Shown: positions 18,117 to 29,058, numbered from the stretch's first letter. The stretch: DNA of 64,000 bases from Halobacteriovoraceae bacterium (GCA_963719505.1 CAVRCF010000005.1:384001-448000); one strand, 5' to 3'. The notes: generated from the sequence alone by a model not told the origin. Numbers and translations: made by a program.

Positions 18117-20233
18117 TATTTCGCTTCGTAGAATTTAGTTTTAGTCTCTACCAAGTTTTTTAAATAAGGACTTAGACTATATCTATCTTTATCAACACTT
18201 ATGGCAAAATTATTTATAGCTGTCACAATTCGATCTAGTCCCTCAGCATCTGCATATCTTAGCAGTCCCCCTCTAAAAGGTGGAAAACCAATTCCAAAGA
18301 TAAGACCAAGATCAACGGTACCGGGACCATCAACAATTTTTTCATCCAAAATATTTGCCGCTTCATTGATCATAGGTAAAAAGACTCTCATTTGAATAGT
18401 CGTCTCATCCATTGTTATCTTTTTGCTTGGTAGAAGGGAGTCCATTTCAGAATTAACTTCTAGCTGCTTGCCTTTATCGTCGTAGGTATAAAAGCCTTTT
18501 CCATTCTTCTTTCCAAGAAGTCCTTTCTCAGTCGCTTTATGAGAGAGATCACAAGCCTTAGCTCTGGCCCCTAAACCTTCTTCCATGATCTCACCAACAT
18601 GAGAACAAACGTCTAAACCCACTTCATCCATCAAACGACAAGCTCCCATTGGCATTCCAAAATTTAAAACTGCCCGGTCAATATCTTTGATAGAGACTCC
18701 TTCTTGAAGAAGGTAAGCAGATTCATTTAAAAAGGGAGCGAGTATCCTATTAACCAAAAATCCTGGACAGTCATTGACTACAACAGGCGTTTTTTTTGTT
18801 TTTAAAACCCAGTTATAAAGAGCTTTTACAGTCTCCTCAGATACATTTTTGTGTCTGACAATCTCTACCAGTGGCATCTTATGGACGGGATTAAAAAAGT
18901 GTAGTCCAGCAAATCGAGAAGAGTCGCTCAAAGCCGATGCCATCTCTTCAACTGAAAGAGAAGAAGTATTGGAAGTGAGAATACAATCTTTCGAGACTTC
19001 CTTTTCTACTTCTTGGAAGACCGATTTTTTGACTTTCATATTTTCAACAACAGCCTCGACAACAAGGTCAATTTTTTTAAACCCTGTGTAATCAAGCTGC
19101 GCACTTATAGAGCGTTGAGCCCTATTGAACTCATCTTGTGACATTCTTTTTCTTTTGACAGCCTTAGTGAAGACCTCACTTGACTGTTTCAGCCCAAGTT
19201 CCAGACCTTCAACAGAGATATCTTTCATAATGGGGTTTTGATCATTTTTAGCAAATAGCCACGCTATTCCTCCCCCCATTGTTCCAGCACCTACAACAGC
19301 TCCTCTTTTAATTTTCTTAGCTGTCGATGCACCTTCAAGTTTTTTAGACTCGTCATGAAGAAAGAAAACATGCTGGAGGTTTTTGGCCTGTGATGTTTGA
19401 GTTAACTCAGCAAAGGCTTTTGCCTCTCTTGAGAGATAACTGCTTCTTTTCTTCCCAGCACTTGCCTCTAAATGATCAAGAATTTTCAAAGGTGCTGGAT
19501 AAAAACCTTTTGTGCTCTCAAGTACTTTCTCTCTGGCTTTTTGAAAGATAACTTTTCTAGCAATAAAGTTGTCTGCAGCTTTTTCAGTAATCGTCTCTGC
19601 AAATGTTTTATGTTTTTCAAATTTTTTAAATAAATTTTCATGAGCAAGTTCCATCAGCCTCTCTTTTGGCATAACAGCTTCAACCAAACCTATTTTCTTA
19701 GCTTTTCTAGATCTTACTTGCTTACCCGTTAAAATCATATCGAGAGAGTTTGGCAATCCCACTTTTCGAGGTAGACGATAAGTTCCGCCAAATCCTGGTA
19801 AAACACCTAACATAACCTCAGGAAGACCGATCGCTGTTTTCGGATTATCACTGGCGATAATTTTATCACAAGCTAAAATCATCTCACAACCACCACCTAG
19901 GCAGATACCATCAACCAGCGCCATCGTTGGGACTTTGAGATCTTCTAGTTTATTAAAAACTTCTTGGCCTCTTTCACATCCATCAATGGCCTGTGCTTCA
20001 GAGTTTAACCCTTGGATGACTGACACATCCATACCAGCGAGAAAGCAGTTTTCTTTATGACTAAAAAGAATAAGGCCTTTAGCTTCTTTATCGGCTGCAA
20101 CTTCGTCGAAAGCTTTTGAAAGCTCTAAAAGAGTATCAGCATAAAGGACAGTCATTGATTTATCTTCGTATTTTCCGAAACCTAATTCGTAAATGCCATT
20201 ATTTTTTTCGAGTGTAATTTTGTTATAACTCAT
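18116..20233 (-). CDS. fadJ: Fatty acid oxidation complex alpha subunit (enoyl-CoA hydratase / 3-hydroxyacyl-CoA dehydrogenase)
   Basis: CLGGGCE, GLPEVMLG, GAGTMGGG, SNTSSL, HFFNP; ATG 20233 has a GGAG RBS. Confidence 0.9.
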   Translation of the reverse strand: MSYNKITLEKNNGIYELGFGKYEDKSMTVLYADTLLELSKAFDEVAADKEAKGLILFSHKENCFLAGMDVSVIQGLNSEAQAIDGCERGQEVFNKLEDLKVPTMALVDGICLGGGCEMILACDKIIASDNPKTAIGLPEVMLGVLPGFGGTYRLPRKVGLPNSLDMILTGKQVRSRKAKKIGLVEAVMPKERLMELAHENLFKKFEKHKTFAETITEKAADNFIARKVIFQKAREKVLESTKGFYPAPLKILDHLEASAGKKRSSYLSREAKAFAELTQTSQAKNLQHVFFLHDESKKLEGASTAKKIKRGAVVGAGTMGGGIAWLFAKNDQNPIMKDISVEGLELGLKQSSEVFTKAVKRKRMSQDEFNRAQRSISAQLDYTGFKKIDLVVEAVVENMKVKKSVFQEVEKEVSKDCILTSNTSSLSVEEMASALSDSSRFAGLHFFNPVHKMPLVEIVRHKNVSEETVKALYNWVLKTKKTPVVVNDCPGFLVNRILAPFLNESAYLLQEGVSIKDIDRAVLNFGMPMGACRLMDEVGLDVCSHVGEIMEEGLGARAKACDLSHKATEKGLLGKKNGKGFYTYDDKGKQLEVNSEMDSLLPSKKITMDETTIQMRVFLPMINEAANILDEKIVDGPGTVDLGLIFGIGFPPFRGGLLRYADAEGLDRIVTAINNFAISVDKDRYSLSPYLKNLVETKTKFYEAK

Positions 20234-20257
20234 TATATTTTTCTCCAATTATTTTTC

Positions 20258-21547
20258 TTAAAGATGTAGGTTCTCAACGATAACTGCTCCGCCTTGACCA
20301 CCGCCGATACAAAGTGAAGCTATTCCAAACTTCTTCTTTCTCTTTTTAAGCTCATGAGCCAAAGTAACGACTAACCGAGATCCCGTTGATCCTACCGGAT
20401 GCCCTAAAGCAATCGCCCCGCCATTGACGTTAAGCTTATGGGGATCAATCTCACCTATTGGTTCATCCATACCCCATTTGCGACTTAACTGTTCATCTTT
20501 TGCCAGCTTCATACAACTAAGAACCTGAGCAGCAAAAGCTTCATTAATCTCAATAAGATCCATATCTTCAAGTTTCATTCCAGTTCTTTTCAATACCCCA
20601 TGCATAGCAAGCACTGGACCAAGTCCCATTCTCTCTGGTTCTAAACCGTGAAAATGAAAATCAACCATCTTTGCCATAGGTTTTAAATTGTATTTTTCTA
20701 CAGCTTCTTCTGAGGCCATCAGCCACATACTTCCACCATCTGTGATCGGACAGGCGTTACCAACAGTCACAGTACCAGTACCTTTTTCAAAATAAGGTTT
20801 TAGTTTTCCTAATTTCTCAATAGTTGAACCCTCGCGAGGACCGACATCATCCATGATAAGTTTTTCTAGGTTTTTACCAGCCGTTAGAGGGACAATTTCA
20901 TCTTTAAATTTTCCCTCTTTTATAGCTTTGATCGTTTTAGCATGAGACTCATTGGCAAAAGCATCTTGGTCAAGTCTTGATATATGAAGTTCTCTGGCAA
21001 GTTTCTCTGCTGTTGCCCCCATGTTAAGACCACAAAAAGGATCCGTTAGACCTTGTTCGATCGCAATAACAGGAGCGAGATGAGGAAAACGAAATGTTGA
21101 AATAACCTTTAACTTATCCGTTGGACTTTTAGCCTTCATCATTTGAATAAAAAATTCCGTCATATCTTCGTTATACATCAGTGGCATTTGAGACATATTC
21201 TCAACGCCACCGGCGAAAATAATATCACTTCTTCCACTGGCAATTTTTATAAACGCTTGAGAGAGAGCTTCCATTCCACTGGCACAATTTCTATGAACCG
21301 AATAACCACTTGTCTTTTTATCTAGACCTGCTTCTAGAGCGATAACTCGTCCAATGTTTGGATATTTAGCTGGTGTTCCCGTGTTTCCAATAATAACTTC
21401 ATCAACAGCATCGTTTGGAATTTCTGTCTCATCAATAAGATGCTTAATCAGATAATGGCCAAGGTAAGGGGCATCGACATCTTTAATATCAGAACCTGAT
21501 TTTACTTGAGGTGTCCTGACTCCAGAACAAAGATAAACGGGTTTCAT
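20258..21547 (-). CDS. fadI: 3-ketoacyl-CoA thiolase
   Basis: RNCASG, EINEAFA, NVNGGAIALGHP, LCIGGGQG. Confidence 0.9.
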   Translation of the reverse strand: MKPVYLCSGVRTPQVKSGSDIKDVDAPYLGHYLIKHLIDETEIPNDAVDEVIIGNTGTPAKYPNIGRVIALEAGLDKKTSGYSVHRNCASGMEALSQAFIKIASGRSDIIFAGGVENMSQMPLMYNEDMTEFFIQMMKAKSPTDKLKVISTFRFPHLAPVIAIEQGLTDPFCGLNMGATAEKLARELHISRLDQDAFANESHAKTIKAIKEGKFKDEIVPLTAGKNLEKLIMDDVGPREGSTIEKLGKLKPYFEKGTGTVTVGNACPITDGGSMWLMASEEAVEKYNLKPMAKMVDFHFHGLEPERMGLGPVLAMHGVLKRTGMKLEDMDLIEINEAFAAQVLSCMKLAKDEQLSRKWGMDEPIGEIDPHKLNVNGGAIALGHPVGSTGSRLVVTLAHELKKRKKKFGIASLCIGGGQGGAVIVENLHL

Positions 21548-21907
21548 AGCTTCTCCATGCAATTAAATATTTTGTAAAATAGAAATTATAACAGCCTAAT
21601 TCTACGTTAAATCTAATAAAAAAACGAATTATTTAAGCTAAAGCTTTTATATGCAAACTTAAAAACTCAACTATAAAAGTAACCAATTTGAATCAAAGGA
21701 ATAAAACCATAAAGAGACGCCAACAAATTTTATGGATAAGAAAATACTCAAAATCGTTCTAGATATTATGAACAGTACCTCAGGAATTCTTTCATAAAAT
21801 CAGAGGCTTAATCAAGATGTGAAATTATCTACACAATCGAAGCACTATCAGTGCAATACATAAAAGAGGTTTGTTCTTAATATGTTGTAATGACAAAGGA
21901 GTCTTCA

Positions 21908-22384
21908 ATGGAAAAAAGCTTAGAGAAGGATTTTAATTTTGATTTTTATTTAAAGTATGTTTTGGCAATAGGCCTACTTTTTATCGGTATAAGTAAGTTT
22001 GTTCCCTTTATGCCTGTTGTAGAGTTACCACCTGAAGCCGCAAACCTCTATCAAGCTCTAGATCAAGCTGGTTACATACTTCCACTTGTTGGATTTATAG
22101 AGATTTTGGCCGGAGCGCTACTCATAAGAAAAAATACAACACCACTTGGGTTACTGATTCTATTACCATTTTCAGTTAATCTTGTGTTGTTTCATTTATT
22201 TTTAGCACCAACTCAAATACTACCAGCACTTTTTGTTTTTGTTTTAAATGCTGTTTTAATTTATAGAGATAGAGCAATCTTTTCACCGATTATTCACTCT
22301 ATTACAGACGGCGAAGATGAGGTAAAAGAGTCTATTTCAAAAATGAGTTGGGTCACAAAGTCTCTTGACAAGAATAGAAGTTAA
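21908..22384 (+). CDS. DoxX family membrane protein
   Basis: 4 TM, GISKF, EILAGALL, NLVLFH; ATG 21908 has an AAGGAG RBS. Confidence 0.8.
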   Translation: MEKSLEKDFNFDFYLKYVLAIGLLFIGISKFVPFMPVVELPPEAANLYQALDQAGYILPLVGFIEILAGALLIRKNTTPLGLLILLPFSVNLVLFHLFLAPTQILPALFVFVLNAVLIYRDRAIFSPIIHSITDGEDEVKESISKMSWVTKSLDKNRS

Positions 22385-22420
22385 AAGTCTTTCAAAGTAA
22401 ATATGAAATATTAGAAAAAG

Positions 22421-22450
22421 AAAAACCCTCCGGGCATGGAGGGTTTTTTT
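22421..22450. terminator. Bidirectional terminator between convergent genes
   Basis: AAAAACCCTCC-GGGCAT-GGAGGGTTTTTTT. Confidence 0.85.
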
Positions 22451-22486
22451 ATTCACGAGGATGGCTTTTATCGTTTTTGGACTTTT

Positions 22487-23593
22487 TTAAAAAAGAACTA
22501 AAACACCAGCTGTTACACTTATTGTATGCGCGTCGTTGATTTCATCAGTAAGCTCTCTTAGTCTTGTTTGATCAAATCCTTCAACATTATTTTCTTGATT
22601 ACCAAAACTTGATCCAAGTGCCTTTGAGTATTGTAACTCTAAGTTAAGACCAATACTTTTCGTAAAAAGAATTTCCGAACCAGCAAGTATTCTTGCACTG
22701 ATTGAGTTTGCTGTAACTTCTTCGTCACCAAATTGGTTATTAAAACCTTGGTAGTCAATATTAGCTCCTCTGTTATCTGAATAAACAGAGTTTGTTCTAT
22801 TGTAAGCCATACCAGCACCGATATAAGGTCTAAATCTCTCAGTCTTAGTGATAAAGAACTTCGAGTAAAGGTCAAAGTTGATGTTTGTATATTCAACTTC
22901 CCTACCACCAGTAAAGGCTTGGTTATATCTTCTTTGGAAATCAGGAGTATATCCCTGGTATCCATTTGCAAAGTCAGTTGTTTGAAGAGTTGAGTAGTTG
23001 AAACCAAGACCGACTGAGATTCTTTCAGATACATCTGACTCTACTCTCATACCGATGTTGATACTTCCTTCAAGATCTTCATTCTCACTTTGAACACTTG
23101 TAATCCCAGCATATGGAAGAAGCTTAATAACATCTCCCATCTTTGTTGGAGTTTGAACTTCGTGAACAACTTGAGGTGCCGCTTGACCTGTCGATACAGA
23201 GTCTTGCTTTCTCTTTACATATTCGTCACAGTCTTTTCCTGGATTTTCTTCCATTAGACATTCAATCTTCTTATTATATTTAGCAATTGTTTGCTGAGAC
23301 TCTTTTCTTTCTTCGATCATCTCTTCAGTGACCTCCGCAAGTTTCTCAGTAGATCTTCCAAGTTTGTTGTAAGTCTTTGACTTCTCCTTGTTGATCTTGA
23401 TTGCACTTTTTTGATTTCTTAATTCACCTCTTACTTTTTCAAGTTCGTGATCTGTCGCATTTGGCTCAGTCACATATCCGTTGATGTCGATAGGATCTGA
23501 GTTTAATACAGCGTCATTTGCGATTGCCCCTACAAATGATGATGAGATCACTGACAAGCTTAAAAATAACTTGATCATAGATTTCGTTTTCAT
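22487..23593 (-). CDS. Outer-membrane beta-barrel protein (OmpA/OmpW-like) with N-terminal coiled coil
   Basis: Signal peptide, about 80-aa coiled coil, FRPYIGAGMAY strand, C-terminal Phe. Confidence 0.8.
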   Translation of the reverse strand: MKTKSMIKLFLSLSVISSSFVGAIANDAVLNSDPIDINGYVTEPNATDHELEKVRGELRNQKSAIKINKEKSKTYNKLGRSTEKLAEVTEEMIEERKESQQTIAKYNKKIECLMEENPGKDCDEYVKRKQDSVSTGQAAPQVVHEVQTPTKMGDVIKLLPYAGITSVQSENEDLEGSINIGMRVESDVSERISVGLGFNYSTLQTTDFANGYQGYTPDFQRRYNQAFTGGREVEYTNINFDLYSKFFITKTERFRPYIGAGMAYNRTNSVYSDNRGANIDYQGFNNQFGDEEVTANSISARILAGSEILFTKSIGLNLELQYSKALGSSFGNQENNVEGFDQTRLRELTDEINDAHTISVTAGVLVLF

Positions 23594-23736
23594 GTTAATT
23601 CTCCTCGTTTGGCTTTATGCCATAAATATTCTTTACAAATGAATGGTAACAAGGAATTGTGACGCACTACAGCAAAAGCTCGATAGCATGTAATTATTAC
23701 ACTAATCGACTCAACTACCAATGTAAAAACAATAAC

Positions 23737-23961
23737 TTAGCGTCTAAGGATAAATCTTTTATATTGAAATTGCCCATTTCCACTGTTTCCGAAGGTCGTT
23801 GAAAGGGCTCCGAGGTACTCATTAATCACTGAATCTGGGTTTGATACGAGATAGGCTTCGATATTTTTAAAGAGTGTCGTTGAGATAATAGCAATAACTG
23901 ATAGAAGAAGAATATATTCTACTGAAGTCTGGCCTTTATCTTTTAGAATCTTCTTAACCAT
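23737..23961 (-). CDS. Flp/Tad-type pilin-like protein
   Basis: Class III signal peptide KG|QTSVEY followed by a hydrophobic helix. Confidence 0.75.
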   Translation of the reverse strand: MVKKILKDKGQTSVEYILLLSVIAIISTTLFKNIEAYLVSNPDSVINEYLGALSTTFGNSGNGQFQYKRFILRR

Positions 23962-23972
23962 GACTTATTTTA

Positions 23973-25307
23973 TCACAGTTGTGCAATCTCCCAAAGGTAG
24001 GAATAGAGTCCCATAATTTGAACTCGAGAGTGAGAAAAGTTATGGGCATTTTCGACCTTTTCACCTGTTTTGACACAATAGAGGGAACTATTACTCGTTG
24101 ATCTTAAGTAGGCTTTTTTGTTGTTTGGAAGAATCTGATACCAAAAGCTGTCTCCTTGTCCAAATTCAACTTGACCTAAGAATTCTTCCTCATCTAGTCC
24201 AGGAAGAAAGAATGTCAAAGAATTGAAGACAGAGACTGCTGCCTTTTTATAATAAAAGCTTGGTTTTGTTCCCAATTCACTAGCAAAGGAGTACCTGGCC
24301 GTCATGATTCCCGTTGAGGAAATATCCATCTCGAAATGAGGAAAATCGGTACCAAGGCTATCAATTGAGGAGGAAATTATTCTCTTATTTGTATAAAAGT
24401 TTAAGATATCATGTGACAAAGGAGCCCTTAAACTGATGGAGTCATATTCTATTGGTTCAAACCTTTCAGCCAAAAACATATCTTCCCGAAGCTTAGTGAA
24501 AACATATAACTGCTTTGCTTTGATGATGCCATCCATACTTGCGAGTTCAACATATTCTAGCTTGTTTTTATAAATCTCAATGGAGCTAATACTGGTTTTG
24601 GAGATGCTTCCCCCCAAGCTTTTAAATTCAAAATTTAAGTCGTTCATTAAAGTATCGACATCAAGGCTATATCTTGGGGAAAGAATTGAGGTTAACAGAT
24701 AACGAGATCCATCTTCGTCCTTTAGGTTTGAAAAAAAACTTTGAAAAAGGACTTGAAGGACGTAGTGAAGTTGCTCAGAGACAATGGAGTGACTATCTAA
24801 AAAGGAGAGAAACTGATCATAAATGATCTTTAATGATGACTGATTAATAGAAAAGTCTTTATTAATTCCAATGAGCTCAAGTCTGGCCGTAATATCGTCG
24901 AGAAAAATTGAGCAGTCTTTGTTGAACTGTTCTTCACCAAACTTCTCCAAGGTCTCAACCAAGTCAATGGGAAAGCACTGGGGAAGCTTTCTCGAGAGCT
25001 CTCTAATATTTGCGAAAGGGCTTTGACCAAATTCAATAAGCACCTCATCCAACTTTAATAGAGTATTTGTTGGGATAAGGTAATTATTAATCTCTTTTAG
25101 AGATTGGACATTATATTTTTGACCAATATTGTAGAGAGATCGCTTCTCGACCTCTCCCAAATTTTTATGCCAAAGTCCACCTAAAGAGCAATTCGGATCA
25201 TCGATAACAAGGACCGACTCCTTAGAGGCTTTAATCTTTAATATACCAAAGATGAGAGACAGATAGTTCTTGCCCAAAAGAATAGATTCAAATTTAGAAT
25301 TTAGCAT
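23973..25307 (-). CDS. Hypothetical protein with degenerate flavoprotein/Rossmann-like fold
   Basis: ESILLGKNYLSL...VLVIDD beta-alpha-beta pattern, FKSLGG; TAATG overlap with the waaA stop. Confidence 0.55.
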   Translation of the reverse strand: MLNSKFESILLGKNYLSLIFGILKIKASKESVLVIDDPNCSLGGLWHKNLGEVEKRSLYNIGQKYNVQSLKEINNYLIPTNTLLKLDEVLIEFGQSPFANIRELSRKLPQCFPIDLVETLEKFGEEQFNKDCSIFLDDITARLELIGINKDFSINQSSLKIIYDQFLSFLDSHSIVSEQLHYVLQVLFQSFFSNLKDEDGSRYLLTSILSPRYSLDVDTLMNDLNFEFKSLGGSISKTSISSIEIYKNKLEYVELASMDGIIKAKQLYVFTKLREDMFLAERFEPIEYDSISLRAPLSHDILNFYTNKRIISSSIDSLGTDFPHFEMDISSTGIMTARYSFASELGTKPSFYYKKAAVSVFNSLTFFLPGLDEEEFLGQVEFGQGDSFWYQILPNNKKAYLRSTSNSSLYCVKTGEKVENAHNFSHSRVQIMGLYSYLWEIAQL

Positions 25308-26539
25308 TAACCCAGTACCCATTTTATATAGCTTATATATTCAGAATCAATTGTAGATTTAAATTTATTCACTTTCTCGCAGTCTTCCCCAACAGCATTC
25401 AGACTATTATAAAAAGACTCTTTGTTTATAATTTTAATCCTATTTTTATCAATTGATAAAATCATATCATATTCAGTTGATTTTGAAACGCTTGGGCCAC
25501 AAAGAACAAATGAGCCAGATAAGAATGGCTCTAAAAGAGAGTGAACTGTACTTCGGAACCCACCTGCTATGTAGGAGAAGTCAAAAGACTGATAAAGCTC
25601 ACAAAGGATGCCCTTATAATCAATTATCGTGACGTTCTGGAGGCTTTTATCCTTTGAAAAAATACTGATCTCAGTTGCGAAAATATTTTCCAAAGTCCTA
25701 TAACACTCATCGATACTTTTTGAATCGAGAAGATGAGGAACGACACAGACTTGAAATTGATCGAAGAAATCTGGTGGGGGGTTTTGTAAAAATTGAGCTT
25801 CATCGGCCCAAAAGCTTCCCAGAATAATTTTCTTTCTTTTGTCTTGATTCAAGTTTTCTACTACTTTCTTTAAAACATCATTTTTCTCTACCTGATTAAT
25901 CCGAGAGAAAATCTGAAAGGGTCGAAAGTCGAAGGACTTAATATTGTCATGCTCAATACCTAAAGTTCTCACATTTCTTTTTTCGGTATCTGTTGCCATA
26001 AGGATCTTATCAAAAGAAGAATAAACCCATTTAAAATATATTTTTTTCAGTTTGCTTGGATTCGCTATGAATTTTTTTAGGGAACCGGATATAAGAATAA
26101 ATTCTTTGTTTTTTGCACAATCGATAATTTCAGGAAAAAAGTCATATCGAGTTAAGACAAAGCGCTTAGCACTCACCCAATTTTTAACAAAGCTTCTGCC
26201 AAAAGGCGTGAAGCTTACAATGGGAAGACATAGAACTCTTATCTGGTCAGGGTAAGCACGTTGTAACTTCTCCACTGCACCATAGACACTGTCAGAACTA
26301 AAGAGAAGCTCTATCTTATCCCCTCTTTGTAAAGAGTACTGAATAAGGGGTTTAACCAGCTCGAGTTCACCTTCGGATGAAAACTCAAAAGCTGTGTCAA
26401 AGTTTCCTTTTGCCAGAGGTCCTAATTTTTGATTTATCGCCCTTTCAAAAACAAATCTCTTTCTGATTTTTTTATTAAACAGGCAAAGAAAACAAATGAG
26501 AGGATAGAGGGCCAGTCTCAACAGGTAATAAAAAGTCAT
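25307..26539 (-). CDS. waaA: Kdo transferase (GT30)
   Basis: FSSEGELE, RYDFFP, GILCELY...YIAGGF...HSLLEP. Confidence 0.8.
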   Translation of the reverse strand: MTFYYLLRLALYPLICFLCLFNKKIRKRFVFERAINQKLGPLAKGNFDTAFEFSSEGELELVKPLIQYSLQRGDKIELLFSSDSVYGAVEKLQRAYPDQIRVLCLPIVSFTPFGRSFVKNWVSAKRFVLTRYDFFPEIIDCAKNKEFILISGSLKKFIANPSKLKKIYFKWVYSSFDKILMATDTEKRNVRTLGIEHDNIKSFDFRPFQIFSRINQVEKNDVLKKVVENLNQDKRKKIILGSFWADEAQFLQNPPPDFFDQFQVCVVPHLLDSKSIDECYRTLENIFATEISIFSKDKSLQNVTIIDYKGILCELYQSFDFSYIAGGFRSTVHSLLEPFLSGSFVLCGPSVSKSTEYDMILSIDKNRIKIINKESFYNSLNAVGEDCEKVNKFKSTIDSEYISYIKWVLG

Positions 26540-27525
26540 AGGATCATCTCCAACACTTTTTCAAATACCTGCTCAGGTGTAATCTCTTCCATGCAGTATT
26601 GTCTTTTTCTAAAACATTTTTTTGAGCCCGTACCTGAACAGGGACGACACCATAATTGTTTCGACATAGAAGCTGATTTTTTCATAAAGGGGCCAAACCC
26701 TAGGTCCTCATGAGTTGGGCCAAAGATAGCAAGACTTGGCACATTATAGGCTTCCGCGATATGTCCCATCCCTGTGTCGTTGCCGATGACAATTTTAGAG
26801 TTCTCAATTAACGAGGCACTCTCCTTCAGTGAGGTTTTACCTTTCATATTGAGAAAACGTGTCTCATAAGTTGAAAGCTCGTTAAGCTCATCGACATAAT
26901 CATCACTGGGTCCGGCCACAACCACGACCCTATATTGACTTAATTGCTCACTATTAAGAATGAGGACGATGAGGGATTTAAAATACCTAAGAGGCCATCT
27001 TTTTGGTGCAAAAGAAGCAATCGGCGCAATGATAATATCCTGCACTTTGCTTTCACTTTTAGAAAAACTTCCTATTGAAGTCACAGCGGTTTTTCTAAAA
27101 AGTGACTTGAGATCAAGCTGTAAACGCTTATGATGGGAAGGCGTATTTTTAAGAAAATTTATTTTTGTTTTGATAAAGAAAAACCTCTCGATTCTTCTTT
27201 TATCGAGATTAAAACAAGGAATTGACCAGTTCATTAATTTAAAAATAAATGAACGAGTGGTTCCGTGAAGATCAATAATAAAATCAATCTTTTTTGTGCT
27301 CCCAATCTCTTGTCCCAATTTTTTGAGAGCCGCAAAGTCATTTTTCTGTTTTTCAAAGCCAATAACACGATCGATAGATTCCTGCCCCTCTAGAAGTGTC
27401 GCAAAAGGCTTGAGCGTGATAAAAGTGATAAAACAATTTGGATAGTTCATTTTTAAACTATTAGCGAAAGCTGTTTGAATAACGACATCACCAAGGCTTG
27501 AGAAACGAGTAAGAACAATATGCAC
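26536..27525 (-). CDS. LPS heptosyltransferase (GT9)
   Basis: RFSSLGDVV, PKRWP, GNDTGMGHIA, AIFGPT, CRPC. Confidence 0.9.
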   Translation of the reverse strand: MHIVLTRFSSLGDVVIQTAFANSLKMNYPNCFITFITLKPFATLLEGQESIDRVIGFEKQKNDFAALKKLGQEIGSTKKIDFIIDLHGTTRSFIFKLMNWSIPCFNLDKRRIERFFFIKTKINFLKNTPSHHKRLQLDLKSLFRKTAVTSIGSFSKSESKVQDIIIAPIASFAPKRWPLRYFKSLIVLILNSEQLSQYRVVVVAGPSDDYVDELNELSTYETRFLNMKGKTSLKESASLIENSKIVIGNDTGMGHIAEAYNVPSLAIFGPTHEDLGFGPFMKKSASMSKQLWCRPCSGTGSKKCFRKRQYCMEEITPEQVFEKVLEMIL

Positions 27526-28499
27526 TAGAGATCAAGCCTTGCAAATTCTTCACTGAAGTAGCTCAAAATAATATCGGCTCCCGCTCTTTTAAAACCAGTT
27601 AACATCTCGACCATAATACTTTCACCATCAATCCAGCCTCTTTCAGCTGCTGCCTTAACCATTGCATACTCTCCACTCACGTTGTAAGCGGCAACGGGTA
27701 AGGTGGTGTTCATTTTAAGTTTTTGAATAACGTCGAGGTAGCATAGCCCTGGCTTAACCATAACAATGTCAGCCCCTTCACTCTCATCTAAAAATAATTC
27801 TCTAAGAGCTTCAGTCGAGTTTGCATAGTCCATTTGGTAGGTCTTTTTATCTCCAGCTTTTGGAGCTGAATCCAAAGCATCTCTAAAAGGTCCATAAAAA
27901 CTTGATGCGTATTTAGCTGTATAGGCCATTATTTGAGTATTATAAAATCCCTCGCCCTCAATTAACTCTCGAATAAAACCTATACGACCATCCATCATGT
28001 CACTTGGTCCAAGAATATCACTTCCGGCTTGGGCTTGTGCCATGGCCATTTTTCCCAAGACTTCAAGTGTCTCATCGTTAAGAATCTCACCTTTATCGCT
28101 GACCAGTCCATCGTGGCCATCGATTGAATAAGGATCAAGAGCGATATCTGTCATGACTAAAATATCAGGACACGCATTCTTTACTTCCTTAATGGCCCTT
28201 TGATTAAGGCCGTCAGGATTATAAGACTCTTTGGCAGATTTGCACTTCAAGTTTTCATCCACCGCAGGAAAAAGCGAGACACATTTTATTCCCAGGGCTT
28301 CTAGTTCCTTAACTTTTTTCACAAGCTGATCTAAGGAGTATCTAAATTGGCCTGGCATCGAGGAAATCTCTATTCTTTGATCTTTACCTTCAATAAAAAA
28401 TAAAGGAGCGATAAGATCATCGACAGAAACTCTATTTTCCGCAATCAATCTTCTGGTGGCAGCGTTTTTTCTATTTCGTCTAGGTCTAGATATCTGCAT
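27525..28499 (-). CDS. hemB: Porphobilinogen synthase
   Basis: DIALDPYSIDGHDG, PSDMMDGR, YASSFYGPFRDA, MVKP, AYNVSGEY. Confidence 0.97.
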   Translation of the reverse strand: MQISRPRRNRKNAATRRLIAENRVSVDDLIAPLFFIEGKDQRIEISSMPGQFRYSLDQLVKKVKELEALGIKCVSLFPAVDENLKCKSAKESYNPDGLNQRAIKEVKNACPDILVMTDIALDPYSIDGHDGLVSDKGEILNDETLEVLGKMAMAQAQAGSDILGPSDMMDGRIGFIRELIEGEGFYNTQIMAYTAKYASSFYGPFRDALDSAPKAGDKKTYQMDYANSTEALRELFLDESEGADIVMVKPGLCYLDVIQKLKMNTTLPVAAYNVSGEYAMVKAAAERGWIDGESIMVEMLTGFKRAGADIILSYFSEEFARLDL

Positions 28500-28938
28500 C
28501 TTCCACTCCTTTAGAAATCAGCGACTGAAATAATGAAGCATATGTTTGGATCTGTTTAACCATTGAGCGCAGCCCGTTGGTTCTGTTCAAAGATAAATGA
28601 TCAGTGATGCCAATGTTCGTTAGAAACTTTGGCGGATGAGAGAGAATTTCATTTGGCGTTGAATCGGAGTAAGCCTCAAGAAGAATTCCTATAATTCCTT
28701 TGACCAATATAGCGTCACTGTCGGCCTGAAAAACCGCTCTACCTTTAACCAAGTTTGGCTTTAACCACACTTTTGACTGGCAGCCTTTCACTTCATATTT
28801 TGATACTTGATTTTTTTCATCTATTGCTGGCAGGTTCTTTCCCACCTTAATAAGTTCTCTATATTTATCTTCCCAATCAGAGTGAGCATTAAACTTTGCC
28901 TCAATCTGACTGATTCTCTCTTCTATAGACATAGTCAC
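28486..28938 (-). CDS. sufE: Cysteine desulfuration protein SufE
   Basis: VKGCQSKVW, ADSDA, RTNGL. Confidence 0.92.
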   Translation of the reverse strand: MTMSIEERISQIEAKFNAHSDWEDKYRELIKVGKNLPAIDEKNQVSKYEVKGCQSKVWLKPNLVKGRAVFQADSDAILVKGIIGILLEAYSDSTPNEILSHPPKFLTNIGITDHLSLNRTNGLRSMVKQIQTYASLFQSLISKGVEDADI

Positions 28939-29058
28939 CTCTTAGTTATTCTAAATAGTTACCATACTAGGCAAGAAATTCATACCTAATAGATCATCTT
29001 AAAGCTAAAGCGTTATTTTGCCGAAAACTTAATTAAGGTAAAACGACACGGAGACGTT

